Below, in pieces: positions 16,941 to 25,809 of a DNA stretch of 64,000 nt. Where the stretch lies: positions 47,049-111,048 of IMG/VR virus record IMGVR_UViG_3300021255_000131, one strand, 5' to 3'. This stretch comes from a virus (taxonomy: Duplodnaviria; Caudoviricetes). Numbering within the stretch: position 1 is the stretch's first letter; each line of letters starts with the position of its first letter. Both the position numbers and the translations under genes were made by a program. The notes under the pieces are model-generated. The model did not search any database, was not told where the DNA came from, and saw only the letters and a program-made list of their open reading frames with translations.

Positions 16941-17351
16941 TTACGGGCGCGGCAGTGATACTGCGTTCCATTCACGGGCAAGAGACTCGCCTTTGGCTTT
17001 CGACCAGATATAGCCTATTAGCCGGCTGTCGTTGGTAGCATGGTTGGTCCAGCCGACACGATACGCTGATTCGGGCATGATGGCGTGATCATACTTGCCG
17101 ATTTCACGGACGTCTCCTTCATCGAAGACGATCTCGTGAAACACGGGCTTGAAGATTGTACGATCGTACTTGTTATCGGCGTGCGATGGGAACTGGATGA
17201 ACATCGATCTGTCATTGACGATCTGCGTGCGGTATTCGGTGTCACTGACCTTGTGAAATTCACCAAGTCCTTTTGCTCCGGACATTGCTGTGACGATACT
17301 CATCACGTCCGGTTCATCAATCTCTGGTACGACGACTACTTTTCTCTCCAT
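16941..17351 (-). CDS. Hypothetical protein (136 aa)
   Basis: AAAGGAG RBS; ORF in the regulator cluster. Confidence 0.72.
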   Translation of the reverse strand: MERKVVVVPEIDEPDVMSIVTAMSGAKGLGEFHKVSDTEYRTQIVNDRSMFIQFPSHADNKYDRTIFKPVFHEIVFDEGDVREIGKYDHAIMPESAYRVGWTNHATNDSRLIGYIWSKAKGESLAREWNAVSLPRP

Positions 17352-17382
17352 AAAAAACTCCTTTCAAACCTGAAGTTAAATA

Positions 17383-17414
17383 TCATCATGGTCCCCGCCC
17401 GTTTCCGGGCGGGG
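17383..17414. promoter_or_regulatory. Hairpin motif A, copy 4
   Basis: TCATCATGGT-CCCCGCCCG-TTTC-CGGGCGGGG. Confidence 0.55.
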
Positions 17415-17429
17415 CAGTGAACAGCCTCG

Positions 17430-17777
17430 TTACGGACGATTGTAGCGCGCGGTGCTGACTTCCGCGACGCGGCGGGTGACGATGAGTTTGCTGGATCCAT
17501 AGCCGCAGAGCCAGGACGTGCTGACGCCCATGACCTTGCACAGGACGGTCATGTTGTTCATCTTCGGCGTGCAGCGGTTGTGCACGTACGAGTTGATGAT
17601 GGACTTGCTGAAGTTGACGCCGTAGTGGCGGCCATAGACGTTGCAGGCCCTGGTGAGCTCCGCCTGCGTCGTGCCGGTCTGGATGAGCCAGGCCTTGATG
17701 CGATCACCGATATACTCGGTGCGTTTGGTGTAACCGTGTTCCATCTTCTGCCACGAGCAACTGTAAGGCTTATTCAT
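17430..17777 (-). CDS. XRE-type helix-turn-helix transcriptional regulator
   Basis: IGDRIKAW...TQAELTR...SKSIINSYVHNRCTP...LCKVMGVSTSWLCG. Confidence 0.82.
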   Translation of the reverse strand: MNKPYSCSWQKMEHGYTKRTEYIGDRIKAWLIQTGTTQAELTRACNVYGRHYGVNFSKSIINSYVHNRCTPKMNNMTVLCKVMGVSTSWLCGYGSSKLIVTRRVAEVSTARYNRP

Positions 17778-17812
17778 GTGTGTTACCTCCCAAGATTATT
17801 GAAGTGATGACT

Positions 17813-17842
17813 TCACCATGGCGCCGCCCGTCCTCGGGCGGC
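17813..17842. promoter_or_regulatory. Hairpin motif A, copy 5
   Basis: TCACCATGGC-GCCGCCCG-TCCT-CGGGCGGC. Confidence 0.6.
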
Positions 17843-17950
17843 ATTCAGCATCAGCCTGCTGAACCAGGCTTCGAACGGTCAACAGGCATGTTACGAGAAA
17901 AAATATAGGGCCCCGCAAAAATAGGGGACCCTCATACATAGACGGTGTGC

Positions 17951-18418
17951 TTACTTAACGGGCGTCACTTCGATCAACTGTAGTTTCGCCAGATCACGCT
18001 GGGCGCAGGCTTCCTCGTCGCAGCGCTCGTTCAGGGGATGACCGGCATGACCCTTCACTTTAGTGAAGGTAACCTGATGGATGTCAAGCTGGTTCTTGAG
18101 CGCGGTCCAGAGATCGACATTCTGGACAGGCTTCTTATCCGCCTTGACCCAGTTGTTGGCGATCCACTTGTCTAAGTAGCCGCCGTTGATCTGGTCGACG
18201 ATATAGGCCGAGTCCGTGAGGACTTCAACTTCACAGGGAAAATGGAGCTCCTTGAGGCCGCGCACGACGGCTCTCAGCTCCATGCGGTTGTTGGTGGTCT
18301 GTGGGCTATTGCCGGAGACCATCATTTCACGGTCTTGACACTGCAGGATCGCGCACCAGCCCCCGGGGCCTGGATTGCCGGAGCACGCGCCGTCTGTAGC
18401 GATGGTCACGTGATACAT
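17951..18418 (-). CDS. rnhA: Ribonuclease HI
   Basis: TDGACSGNPGPGGW, TTNNRMEL, TDSAY, NVDLW, VKGHAGHPLNERCD. Confidence 0.96.
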   Translation of the reverse strand: MYHVTIATDGACSGNPGPGGWCAILQCQDREMMVSGNSPQTTNNRMELRAVVRGLKELHFPCEVEVLTDSAYIVDQINGGYLDKWIANNWVKADKKPVQNVDLWTALKNQLDIHQVTFTKVKGHAGHPLNERCDEEACAQRDLAKLQLIEVTPVK

Positions 18419-18430
18419 AAGATGTCCTCC

Positions 18431-18601
18431 TTAACGAAAATCGCGGCGGACCCTTTGCGGGTGCCGCCGCTTGTTGTAATTGAGACGCCAGCGCGGGAAG
18501 CGCTGACGCAGATTCCAGATGGCTTCAGTAGATTCGAGCCAGATGATGTCGCCGAGGATCAGGATGGTCAGGGCGGCGACGATGATGAACAGCGTCAGCA
18601 T
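18431..18601 (-). CDS. Small membrane protein (56 aa)
   Basis: Manual translation MLTLFIIVAALTILILGDIIW...basic tail; GAGGTG RBS. Confidence 0.6.
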   Translation of the reverse strand: MLTLFIIVAALTILILGDIIWLESTEAIWNLRQRFPRWRLNYNKRRHPQRVRRDFR

Positions 18602-18753
18602 TTAGTCACCTCTTCGATGACGACGAAGCTGAAGCTTTCGCAGCGGCCCATTGTGGTGACCCAGTCATAACGAAGCTCGGCGTTGTGTCTGGTTTCGTCA
18701 TAACCGTGAATAATGAATCTACCGTCGGACAGATACTCGATGACTTTGAACAT
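18595..18753 (-). CDS. Small hypothetical protein (52 aa)
   Basis: AAGGAGG RBS; MFKVIEYLSDGRFIIHGYDE... Confidence 0.6.
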   Translation of the reverse strand: MFKVIEYLSDGRFIIHGYDETRHNAELRYDWVTTMGRCESFSFVVIEEVTKC

Positions 18754-18919
18754 ATACAGATCCTCCTTCTGCATTGCAATAAAATAAGCGCTGTGTGGCC
18801 AGCGCTAACCCCGGCGAGGCTTTTCGGGTCACCGATCCCGCTGCGGTTTATCGCGGTACGCAGGATATACCGGAAGAGCCTTACGTCTTCAGCCCGGTTG
18901 GCCAAAGGCGTAAAACTAT

Positions 18920-18950
18920 TCATCATGGCCGCGCGCCGTCCTCGGCGCGC
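18920..18950. promoter_or_regulatory. Hairpin motif A, copy 6
   Basis: TCATCATGGCC-GCGCGCCG-TCCT-CGGCGCGC. Confidence 0.6.
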
Positions 18951-19025
18951 ATCTTGGGATACATTTTGCCGGAGAGTGACGATGCACAAACACCGCACAG
19001 ACCGGACAGGAGTGCAATAATGCAT

Positions 19026-19056
19026 TCGCCATGGCCGCGCGGTGTCCCCAACGCGC
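19026..19056. promoter_or_regulatory. Hairpin motif A, copy 7 (one mismatch in stem)
   Basis: TCGCCATGGCC-GCGCGGTG-TCCC-CAACGCGC. Confidence 0.5.
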
Positions 19057-19535
19057 TTAGCTTGGAAGTGAAGACGTCCAGCAACGCTCATAAATTGTAA
19101 GGATAGAAAGACGTCATCATAGAGGCAGGCAAGAATATGGGGAAACGCGGAGAGCTGGATCAGCCTGCATAAATTATGCAGAAAATTCGACAGGAATCAC
19201 GCTTCAGCACCCGGAGACAGCACGCAGATGAAAACAGCGAGATCGGGAGGTGGCGGAGCGGAGGCGAAGCCGAAGCGGAGCCCGTGAAGCGCAAAGCGAC
19301 GACACGGGATACGGGACCGACAGACGCAGCACCCGGAAGCAAGCTTGAGAGTGAACCCAAGTAAGCAATGCGAAGCGAAGGCCGGCGAAGCCGTGACGCA
19401 GCGGAGCGAGCGAAGCGGGAAAAATATGGGGCCCGGAAAAAAGGGGAGGCCCGCTCGTGGTGCAATGCCTGTCTTGACGGCGCAGGCAGGGCCGGAGCAG
19501 TTTAACGACGTGCTCAGGTCGGCTTGACTTAATGA

Positions 19536-19652
19536 TTAATCTGTGCTATCATCGGGCTGGAGGTACTCACGGTATTCTTCTTCTGTCGCGAAGAGAATCC
19601 ACTCGTCACCAACGAGCCCCATGTAGCCGCTTGCGGTGGAGTAGCCGTACAT
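19536..19652 (-). CDS. Small phage protein (38 aa)
   Basis: AAAGGAGG RBS; MYGYSTASGYMGLVGDEWILFATEEEYREYL. Confidence 0.7.
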   Translation of the reverse strand: MYGYSTASGYMGLVGDEWILFATEEEYREYLQPDDSTD

Positions 19653-19762
19653 GGAGAACCTCCTTTCCGCCGGATGTTGCTGCATCCGGCTTATTTTATT
19701 TTGAGCCTGGGGCTCACTCGCAGGCCGCAACGCGGCGGCCCGTGGTGTGAGACTCAGACGAA

Positions 19763-20986
19763 TTACAGGTCGTCAGCGACGCAAAGAGAATAAAGAGAAT
19801 TATATGGATCAACTGCTGCCGCTTTGCTGTCGTAAAGATAACGCCATTCTTCTTTCTCAGTACAGCCGCTCATTTCGACATAATAACTATCGTTGCGTAC
19901 ATATTCGTCTCTGATGTAGTAAGAACGACCGTCGACGCAGATTTCAAACGGCTCACCCTCGAAGAAATATCTGTCTTCAGGTTTGAAGGATTTCAGAAAA
20001 GAATCCAATATTTCTTCAAGTTCGTCGGACAGATCGATGTCGCAATGAGTCCACGATTCTTTCAGAGAAAAGACATGAAAGATCGCGTTCAATGCATAAT
20101 CTTTATTTGCTTTGTCGAAGTTAAAAGAATGCACTTCGACATAGCTCTGATTGCGAGAATCGGTATTTTCAAGCATGCTGAACGTAATCATTGCAACGTG
20201 GGCTTTATTCAGCTCGCTGAAGTACTTGACAGCCTTTTCCTTGGTCGCATAGCGCAGATCCATATAACCGTCTAGGATCCGATCATCCACGCGAACAATG
20301 TGATACAGGCCATCCGGGTCCTGGTCAAGGAACGAAGCGTCTTCAATGAGATCAAGATTGATCGCTTCTTCAACGGACTGTTCCTGTACAGGCTCAATGC
20401 TATCGACAGCATCCATGTCATCAATGGCGTCGTTCATTTCGTCGATCGCTGCGTCGATGTCAATGTCAGGCGTTTCGGATTCCGGCATAGGCGCGACGCC
20501 CGCTTTTGGGGCGGGCGTCGGCTGGAGCTGGTCAGCATGGATGCTGTAGCCGGCCCACTTCGGGCCGCAGTTGTCGGCGGTGACGATCTGGCCGTCCCGG
20601 CTCAGGAACACTGGATAGCCGGCATGCAGACCATGCACATAGATCGTGGCGGCTTCCATGGAGTTGTTCGTCGTCTTGCTATAAACACGGCGGCCGGTCT
20701 TGATCTTGACTTCGTAGATGTGGGCGAAGCATACGCCGGTGATAGCCTGGGTGAGGGACATAGTGTAGTTCGCGGGGTTGGCGGTGTAAACATGGCGTCC
20801 TGTCTTAGTCGTCAAGATGACGCAGGCACGGATTACGGACGGTTCGCCGTCAGTGCCATACTCGATCATGACTCGGTCTGATTTGATCAACTGATCCATC
20901 TGGCGATACGCCTCCATAACGGAAGGCAGGTCATTCATAACGATTTTAATACCGTATTTGTTGTTATAGCCGATGCTGATAGACAT
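19763..20986 (-). CDS. Hypothetical early protein with acidic linker (407 aa)
   Basis: AAGGAGG RBS before ATG at 20986. Confidence 0.75.
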   Translation of the reverse strand: MSISIGYNNKYGIKIVMNDLPSVMEAYRQMDQLIKSDRVMIEYGTDGEPSVIRACVILTTKTGRHVYTANPANYTMSLTQAITGVCFAHIYEVKIKTGRRVYSKTTNNSMEAATIYVHGLHAGYPVFLSRDGQIVTADNCGPKWAGYSIHADQLQPTPAPKAGVAPMPESETPDIDIDAAIDEMNDAIDDMDAVDSIEPVQEQSVEEAINLDLIEDASFLDQDPDGLYHIVRVDDRILDGYMDLRYATKEKAVKYFSELNKAHVAMITFSMLENTDSRNQSYVEVHSFNFDKANKDYALNAIFHVFSLKESWTHCDIDLSDELEEILDSFLKSFKPEDRYFFEGEPFEICVDGRSYYIRDEYVRNDSYYVEMSGCTEKEEWRYLYDSKAAAVDPYNSLYSLCVADDL

Positions 20987-20999
20987 AATGATTTCCTCC

Positions 21000-21028
21000 T
21001 TGTAATCTGATATTTTTTGTTGTATAAT
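21000..21028 (+). promoter_or_regulatory. sigmaA-type promoter, antisense to the early arm
   Basis: TTGTAA-17 bp-TATAAT. Confidence 0.65.
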
Positions 21029-21048
21029 CACCCGCAGGGGGTGGTATC

Positions 21049-21219
21049 ATGGAAGAATTCGATACTCAGGCGCTGCAGGAAGAGAAAGCTCTTGCAGACA
21101 TCGAGAAATCGCAAAAAGTACGCAAACTTAAACTTCTGAAAGATCAGAAGCTTCTCGAGCTCGAAGCCATCGAAGCGATGCTCAGCGAGCTCGAGAAAGA
21201 CGAGGATTACCCCTTCTGA
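21049..21219 (+). CDS. Small charged helical protein (56 aa) ending ...EKDEDYPF
   Basis: Own promoter and GGGGGTG RBS; fills the gap between two minus-strand genes, stop abuts the RNAP-2 stop. Confidence 0.7.
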   Translation: MEEFDTQALQEEKALADIEKSQKVRKLKLLKDQKLLELEAIEAMLSELEKDEDYPF

Positions 21220-24033
21220 TCAGAAGTCCATCCCAGCCAGCCAGGAAGGTAATGCTGCCTTCCTGGCCTTTTCTTCGTGCGCTTCAACGCATTCCTGGCG
21301 GAACGTCTTCTCCGGAATAACGGCGGGCAGTATGGTACGCTCCTGTTTGTTTTCAGCGAGGATATCGCCGAAGCACTCCAGAATCGCCATCAGGTGACGC
21401 GCGGCGAACTTCTTGTTCCATTTGTCGTGGGCATGCGCCACATGCTGACGCAGAATCGCGGCGGCAGTCCAGCGAGCCAGCTCGTCGTCGGACATGTTGC
21501 CCTTATTGACACCTTGCATGAACGCAAGCGTCTCGTCGCGGACGTACTTGTAAGCGCTCAGCATTGCCTCTTCGTATTCAGCCGCTTCAAACGACGCTTT
21601 CGCGATCTTCTGGACTGCGCTGCTCAAAGTTTCGAACAAGAAGTAGATCGAATATTTTGTGTCTGCTGCGAAGACCTCCTTGCCGAGCATGTCGTTGTAT
21701 TCCTTGACCTTTTCAGCAGGAAGCACGTCGTTGCGCACCATGCGCACGTTTGCGCTGCAGCCGCCAGGCATCGCGATTTCCCAGCGGTAATCGATCTTAC
21801 TGAAGTCCGGCGCCCACTCGGAACCGCCGATGATCAGGTTGACCTGGTGGCCGAACCGATCTACGATGGACTCTGATTCGGGCAGGGTTTTCTCGTCCCA
21901 TCTCTGGTCGTTCCAAGGAGTTTCATCACAGTGTTTTGCAAACCGCTGGTTGTAAGGCATCGCGTTATAGTTTTGCCCGACGGTGCGAGCGATTTCCCGG
22001 AGCGCCTGCGGAAGCACGCCCGTCTTGATGTAGTCCAGAATCAGGATGGTCAGCACGTGCGGGATCGCCGCAGTTTCCAGGATGCCGCTGATGACGGAAG
22101 GATCCATGTCGATCCTGCAATCGTTCAGGATCTTGGTGCAGAGGTTGGAGTAGACGCCAACCTCGTTGTACCGTTCAGCGTCGATCATCATCTGAGCAGT
22201 CTGATTCTGCCACTCGTCCGTCTTGGGCAGCTTGCCCTTGGGTGCTTTGTCGTGGTCGAAGATCACGCAGGGCGGATTGACGCGATTGATGACTCGCTCC
22301 ATCAGGGAGACGAGCAGCGGATTCGAGGACCAGAAGCCCTCGTCTCCGTCGTTGTCACCGTCCCAGTAGCCGGACAGAACAGTGCTGTTCCACGGCAGGA
22401 TCATCATGTTGCCGCAAACGGCGAGCTCATCGTGCACCTCTACGTGAAGCACACGAGCGTTCAGCAGGTTGGCGGGATGGCGAATACCATAGATTTTCCG
22501 GCCATTTTCTACGCCGGTGACGCAGCAGGTCTTGCTGCTGTTGAAGACGCCGATCTTCTCCTTGGCCGGGTCCTTGCCAAAGACCCAGACGTCGATCAGG
22601 GCGTAGGGGTCCATAGCAATATATTCATAATGAGATTCTTCGATTGCAGGCGAGATCATTGCGTCTGCGTACTTGTTGTTAAACAGGTCTTCCAGGTGGT
22701 TGATGATGTCTTGATTTGCCACATAGTCCGGGAAAGCGCGGAAGAACTTGGCGGCGTTGCCGCATTCCTCCTCGTCGGCCCAGGGTTTTTGTAGTTCCTT
22801 TACACAGCCTTCAACTGTTTTCAGCTGCTTTACGCAAATGGCCTTAGACGTACCGAGCTTCCTAAGCTCGGCGTTGCTGGTGTAGACCAGCTCCTGCAGC
22901 GCCTGGCGGGAGAGATTTCGTTTGTCGCCTTCTGCCTTGTTGGCGAAGCCGCACACACGCAGCTCATCGATGCCGAGGGTTTCGAACGTGGTCCGATAGT
23001 CGTCGAGGCTATCAAACCATTTGAGGCCTTTGCAGCACGACTCGCTGAGAATGATATAGATACCATCAGTCGAGCGCCAAATGCCCTGATAATCTTTGAT
23101 CTTATCCGGTATATTCTCGACGATGGCGACGACGGCCATTGTCTTGTTGGTGCCGAGGCGACCCTGAAGGGAGAGGAAATTCTTGGTATCCTCGAGGCTA
23201 CGAGCGATGATTACGGACTGACCGTCGGCGATTGTTGCGTCCTCTTCGGATTCGGGAACGTATTTGATTGCGCCGGTTTTGGCGTCAATTTTCAACACGT
23301 TGGTATACTTCAACTGCCAGTTGAAGTCCTTAACGATGATCGCGTTCTTCAACGCTATCTTCTTCAAACCAAACCGACTGACCGGCACGCTGCCGGAGAA
23401 CAGCGTGCTAAGTACTTTGTTGTATTCTACGGGGTTGGTGCCCCTGTCGAACTGCTCCTTGGTGCGGAGCAGCGCGAGCTCCTTCTTGTATTTGGCCTGA
23501 ATGTCGACGCGAATAAGAAGAGATTTGCCGACCTTCAGGTAGGAAGGCGTTGAACACAAGTATTTCCAAACAAGCTGGCCAGACTGGATGCCCAGCTTCT
23601 GCAGGTTCTTGCCGACCTGCTTTTTGATTTGGCCGACAAGGAAGAAATATTGTTTTGCTTGATCCGCTGTGAAGTGGATTTCACAATTGAATTTCAGAAG
23701 GTTGTATAAGTGGTGTTCGAGTACGACGACGCTGTCGTCGAATTTATCGTACTCAATGTGGAGCATATCAGCTCCAGCGGATTCATCCATTGTAATGACC
23801 TTGGGGTCATCAATGGAAATGGTGTAGGGAACGGTGCGCTCCCGCTCCAGCTTCAGGATTTGCTGGGCGGCAGAGATCATTTTCTGGCAGATGTTGTCTT
23901 TCGAGTATAACGCTTTATTGAAGATGTCTGTCTCTTCCTTCGGGAAGAAGGCGGCCTGGCTGAAGGACCAGGTCATATAATGTTGTTTATTCAGGGCGGG
24001 AGCTTCAATGGCGCGTTCGATAACCTTAGACAT
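21220..24033 (-). CDS. Second single-subunit two-barrel RNA polymerase, RNAP-2 (937 aa)
   Basis: IADGQSV...LQGRLGTNKT, GIRHPAN, catalytic WDGDNDGDEG (22342-22356), VGVYSN. Confidence 0.8.
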   Translation of the reverse strand: MSKVIERAIEAPALNKQHYMTWSFSQAAFFPKEETDIFNKALYSKDNICQKMISAAQQILKLERERTVPYTISIDDPKVITMDESAGADMLHIEYDKFDDSVVVLEHHLYNLLKFNCEIHFTADQAKQYFFLVGQIKKQVGKNLQKLGIQSGQLVWKYLCSTPSYLKVGKSLLIRVDIQAKYKKELALLRTKEQFDRGTNPVEYNKVLSTLFSGSVPVSRFGLKKIALKNAIIVKDFNWQLKYTNVLKIDAKTGAIKYVPESEEDATIADGQSVIIARSLEDTKNFLSLQGRLGTNKTMAVVAIVENIPDKIKDYQGIWRSTDGIYIILSESCCKGLKWFDSLDDYRTTFETLGIDELRVCGFANKAEGDKRNLSRQALQELVYTSNAELRKLGTSKAICVKQLKTVEGCVKELQKPWADEEECGNAAKFFRAFPDYVANQDIINHLEDLFNNKYADAMISPAIEESHYEYIAMDPYALIDVWVFGKDPAKEKIGVFNSSKTCCVTGVENGRKIYGIRHPANLLNARVLHVEVHDELAVCGNMMILPWNSTVLSGYWDGDNDGDEGFWSSNPLLVSLMERVINRVNPPCVIFDHDKAPKGKLPKTDEWQNQTAQMMIDAERYNEVGVYSNLCTKILNDCRIDMDPSVISGILETAAIPHVLTILILDYIKTGVLPQALREIARTVGQNYNAMPYNQRFAKHCDETPWNDQRWDEKTLPESESIVDRFGHQVNLIIGGSEWAPDFSKIDYRWEIAMPGGCSANVRMVRNDVLPAEKVKEYNDMLGKEVFAADTKYSIYFLFETLSSAVQKIAKASFEAAEYEEAMLSAYKYVRDETLAFMQGVNKGNMSDDELARWTAAAILRQHVAHAHDKWNKKFAARHLMAILECFGDILAENKQERTILPAVIPEKTFRQECVEAHEEKARKAALPSWLAGMDF

Positions 24034-24054
24034 AGTTTTCCTCCTTATGCGGTA

Positions 24055-24083
24055 TTGACCGCGTTTTCATTTTGTCGTATAAT
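24055..24083 (+). promoter_or_regulatory. sigmaA-type promoter divergent from the RNAP-2 start
   Basis: TTGACC-17 bp-TATAAT. Confidence 0.65.
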
Positions 24084-24144
24084 AGTGAACGGGGTGCGTT
24101 GATGAGTTAACGTTACTACAGTGGTATAATGTTTTCACCTCCCT

Positions 24145-24178
24145 GCCGGGTGCTGCTGACACCCGGCTTTTTGTTTTA
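24145..24178 (+). terminator. Rho-independent terminator closing a putative ~90-nt sRNA
   Basis: GCCGGGTG/CACCCGGC stem plus TTTTTGTTTT. Confidence 0.65.
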
Positions 24179-24209
24179 TGTGAAGAGCCTAAGGCTCGCT
24201 GAGGTGTGC

Positions 24210-24632
24210 TTATTGGCAAACAGAATCTATATATCTCAAGTTATCTTTTGTTGTTTTGCTATCTTCGGCAGAAATACAAAATGGAAAAGAGCAGCCTGCC
24301 ATATTGTCTAAATATTCTGCATAATCTTTATCATGTTCTTCGGACAATATTTTTTCTTTTACTGCTATTTCTTTAGCGATAGAATATTCTTTGTCTTTGA
24401 ATGTGCCGATGTTTTTAATGTTGTTGTTTATAGTTATAACAATATACTCGCGGTTCAACTCATCATACTCACCGAAGTACCATTCTCCATCAAGCATCGC
24501 TGCTATGCTTGATATTTTGAATGTTCTGGGCAACGCGCCCATTGAGATGAATCCTTTTGCCATGGCAGAGGCGGCTTCGAGGCCGATGGTGCTCCAGGCT
24601 TTGTTGATTGCTCCGATTCTCCAATTTTTCAT
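24210..24632 (-). CDS. Hypothetical early protein (140 aa, AT-rich)
   Basis: AAGGAGG RBS. Confidence 0.72.
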   Translation of the reverse strand: MKNWRIGAINKAWSTIGLEAASAMAKGFISMGALPRTFKISSIAAMLDGEWYFGEYDELNREYIVITINNNIKNIGTFKDKEYSIAKEIAVKEKILSEEHDKDYAEYLDNMAGCSFPFCISAEDSKTTKDNLRYIDSVCQ

Positions 24633-24730
24633 AAGGTTTCCTCCTTCTGCTGTTTAACGCACAGCTGCATATTATTCGAGCAAGCGCCCGTATCTGCCCA
24701 CCGCATGGATGGGCAGAAGCTGGTGCTTGA

Positions 24731-25420
24731 TTACTTTATGGCCGTGTATTCGCCACGGTGCTTCTCGATACAAGATAGTAATTCTTGCATCGAATCGAAT
24801 TGCCAATCGATATCACATCCCATTAGTCCATCCCAGCCTCCGACATCTGTTGTGCTATCTCCGCGCATGACATATTTTTCGCGGATCTTGTAAACACGAC
24901 CACTTCCTTCATAATGGCAATAGTTGTGGCAACACACTTGGCCATAAGATACGGAAATACTTCCTTCCGTATAAGACCATTTGAATTTGCCTAAAAGCTG
25001 CCGATTTAATCTGTCTGCAACAGCTTCGCACGTTCTTTCCAGATATTCGCTTCCAATCTTTTTCCATGCTTCAAAGAAACCTTCGTTGTAGAATCTTGAA
25101 GTTTCTTCAATCCATGCGTCGTACTCCTTTCCATGCGTTTCTTGCTCGTAGAAAAGACTCTTATAGAAATTAATTATTCTGTATCCGCAACCTCTCGCAT
25201 AATACTCATCAAGGTCAACGGAAATGAATATTGCTTGTTGCAGCTTAAACCGTTCGTACTTGAATTTATCGGACTCCACATCGAAGAAATCAATTTCTTC
25301 TTTGTTTCCGCAATATGTTTTTCCGACGTAAAATATTTTTGCAAAGTACACCGTGTCGTCGTTCTCGTCCACATAGGACTTGGTTGCCCACCACGTGAGC
25401 TTTTCGAATACTTGTTTCAT
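24731..25420 (-). CDS. Hypothetical early protein (229 aa, AT-rich)
   Basis: AAGGAGG RBS; first gene of the minus-strand arm. Confidence 0.75.
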   Translation of the reverse strand: MKQVFEKLTWWATKSYVDENDDTVYFAKIFYVGKTYCGNKEEIDFFDVESDKFKYERFKLQQAIFISVDLDEYYARGCGYRIINFYKSLFYEQETHGKEYDAWIEETSRFYNEGFFEAWKKIGSEYLERTCEAVADRLNRQLLGKFKWSYTEGSISVSYGQVCCHNYCHYEGSGRVYKIREKYVMRGDSTTDVGGWDGLMGCDIDWQFDSMQELLSCIEKHRGEYTAIK

Positions 25421-25774
25421 AATGTTTCCTCCTTGCGGCTGTGCCGATAATCGTTGTTTGAAGGTTAAATTTAAGAATCTATAATCAGCATATTGATTAA
25501 GATTCTTAACCTTCGATTGAATAATATATCATGACGGCCAAAGTGTAAAGGACAACTTTTGCCGTTGATACAGGGAACATCAGCGAACAAATCTGATGTG
25601 TTATCAGGATAATTCGCCGATGTGCGAGGACTCGTCAAGCGATTTGTCAAGATGGAACTTTTCATGAAGCCAACTTAACAAATGCTTAACATTTTGCTCG
25701 ATACAGTTTCGCGTTCCGTTTCGGCTCATGCCATCATCGGGTCTCGGACTCTTACCGAGACGACGGAATTGCCC

Positions 25775-25803
25775 TTGACGGCAGCGGTTTTTTGTGCTAC
25801 CAT
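25775..25803 (+). promoter_or_regulatory. sigmaA-type extended -10 promoter
   Basis: TTGACG-17 bp-TACCAT with TG upstream of the -10. Confidence 0.55.
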
Positions 25804-25809
25804 CAAGGG

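Noticed and set aside
15398-19056. Hairpin repeats as a CRISPR array or as terminators
   Set aside because: Spacing is irregular (about 100-1500 bp) with genes in between, stem sequences vary, no cas genes are present and there are no U-tracts.
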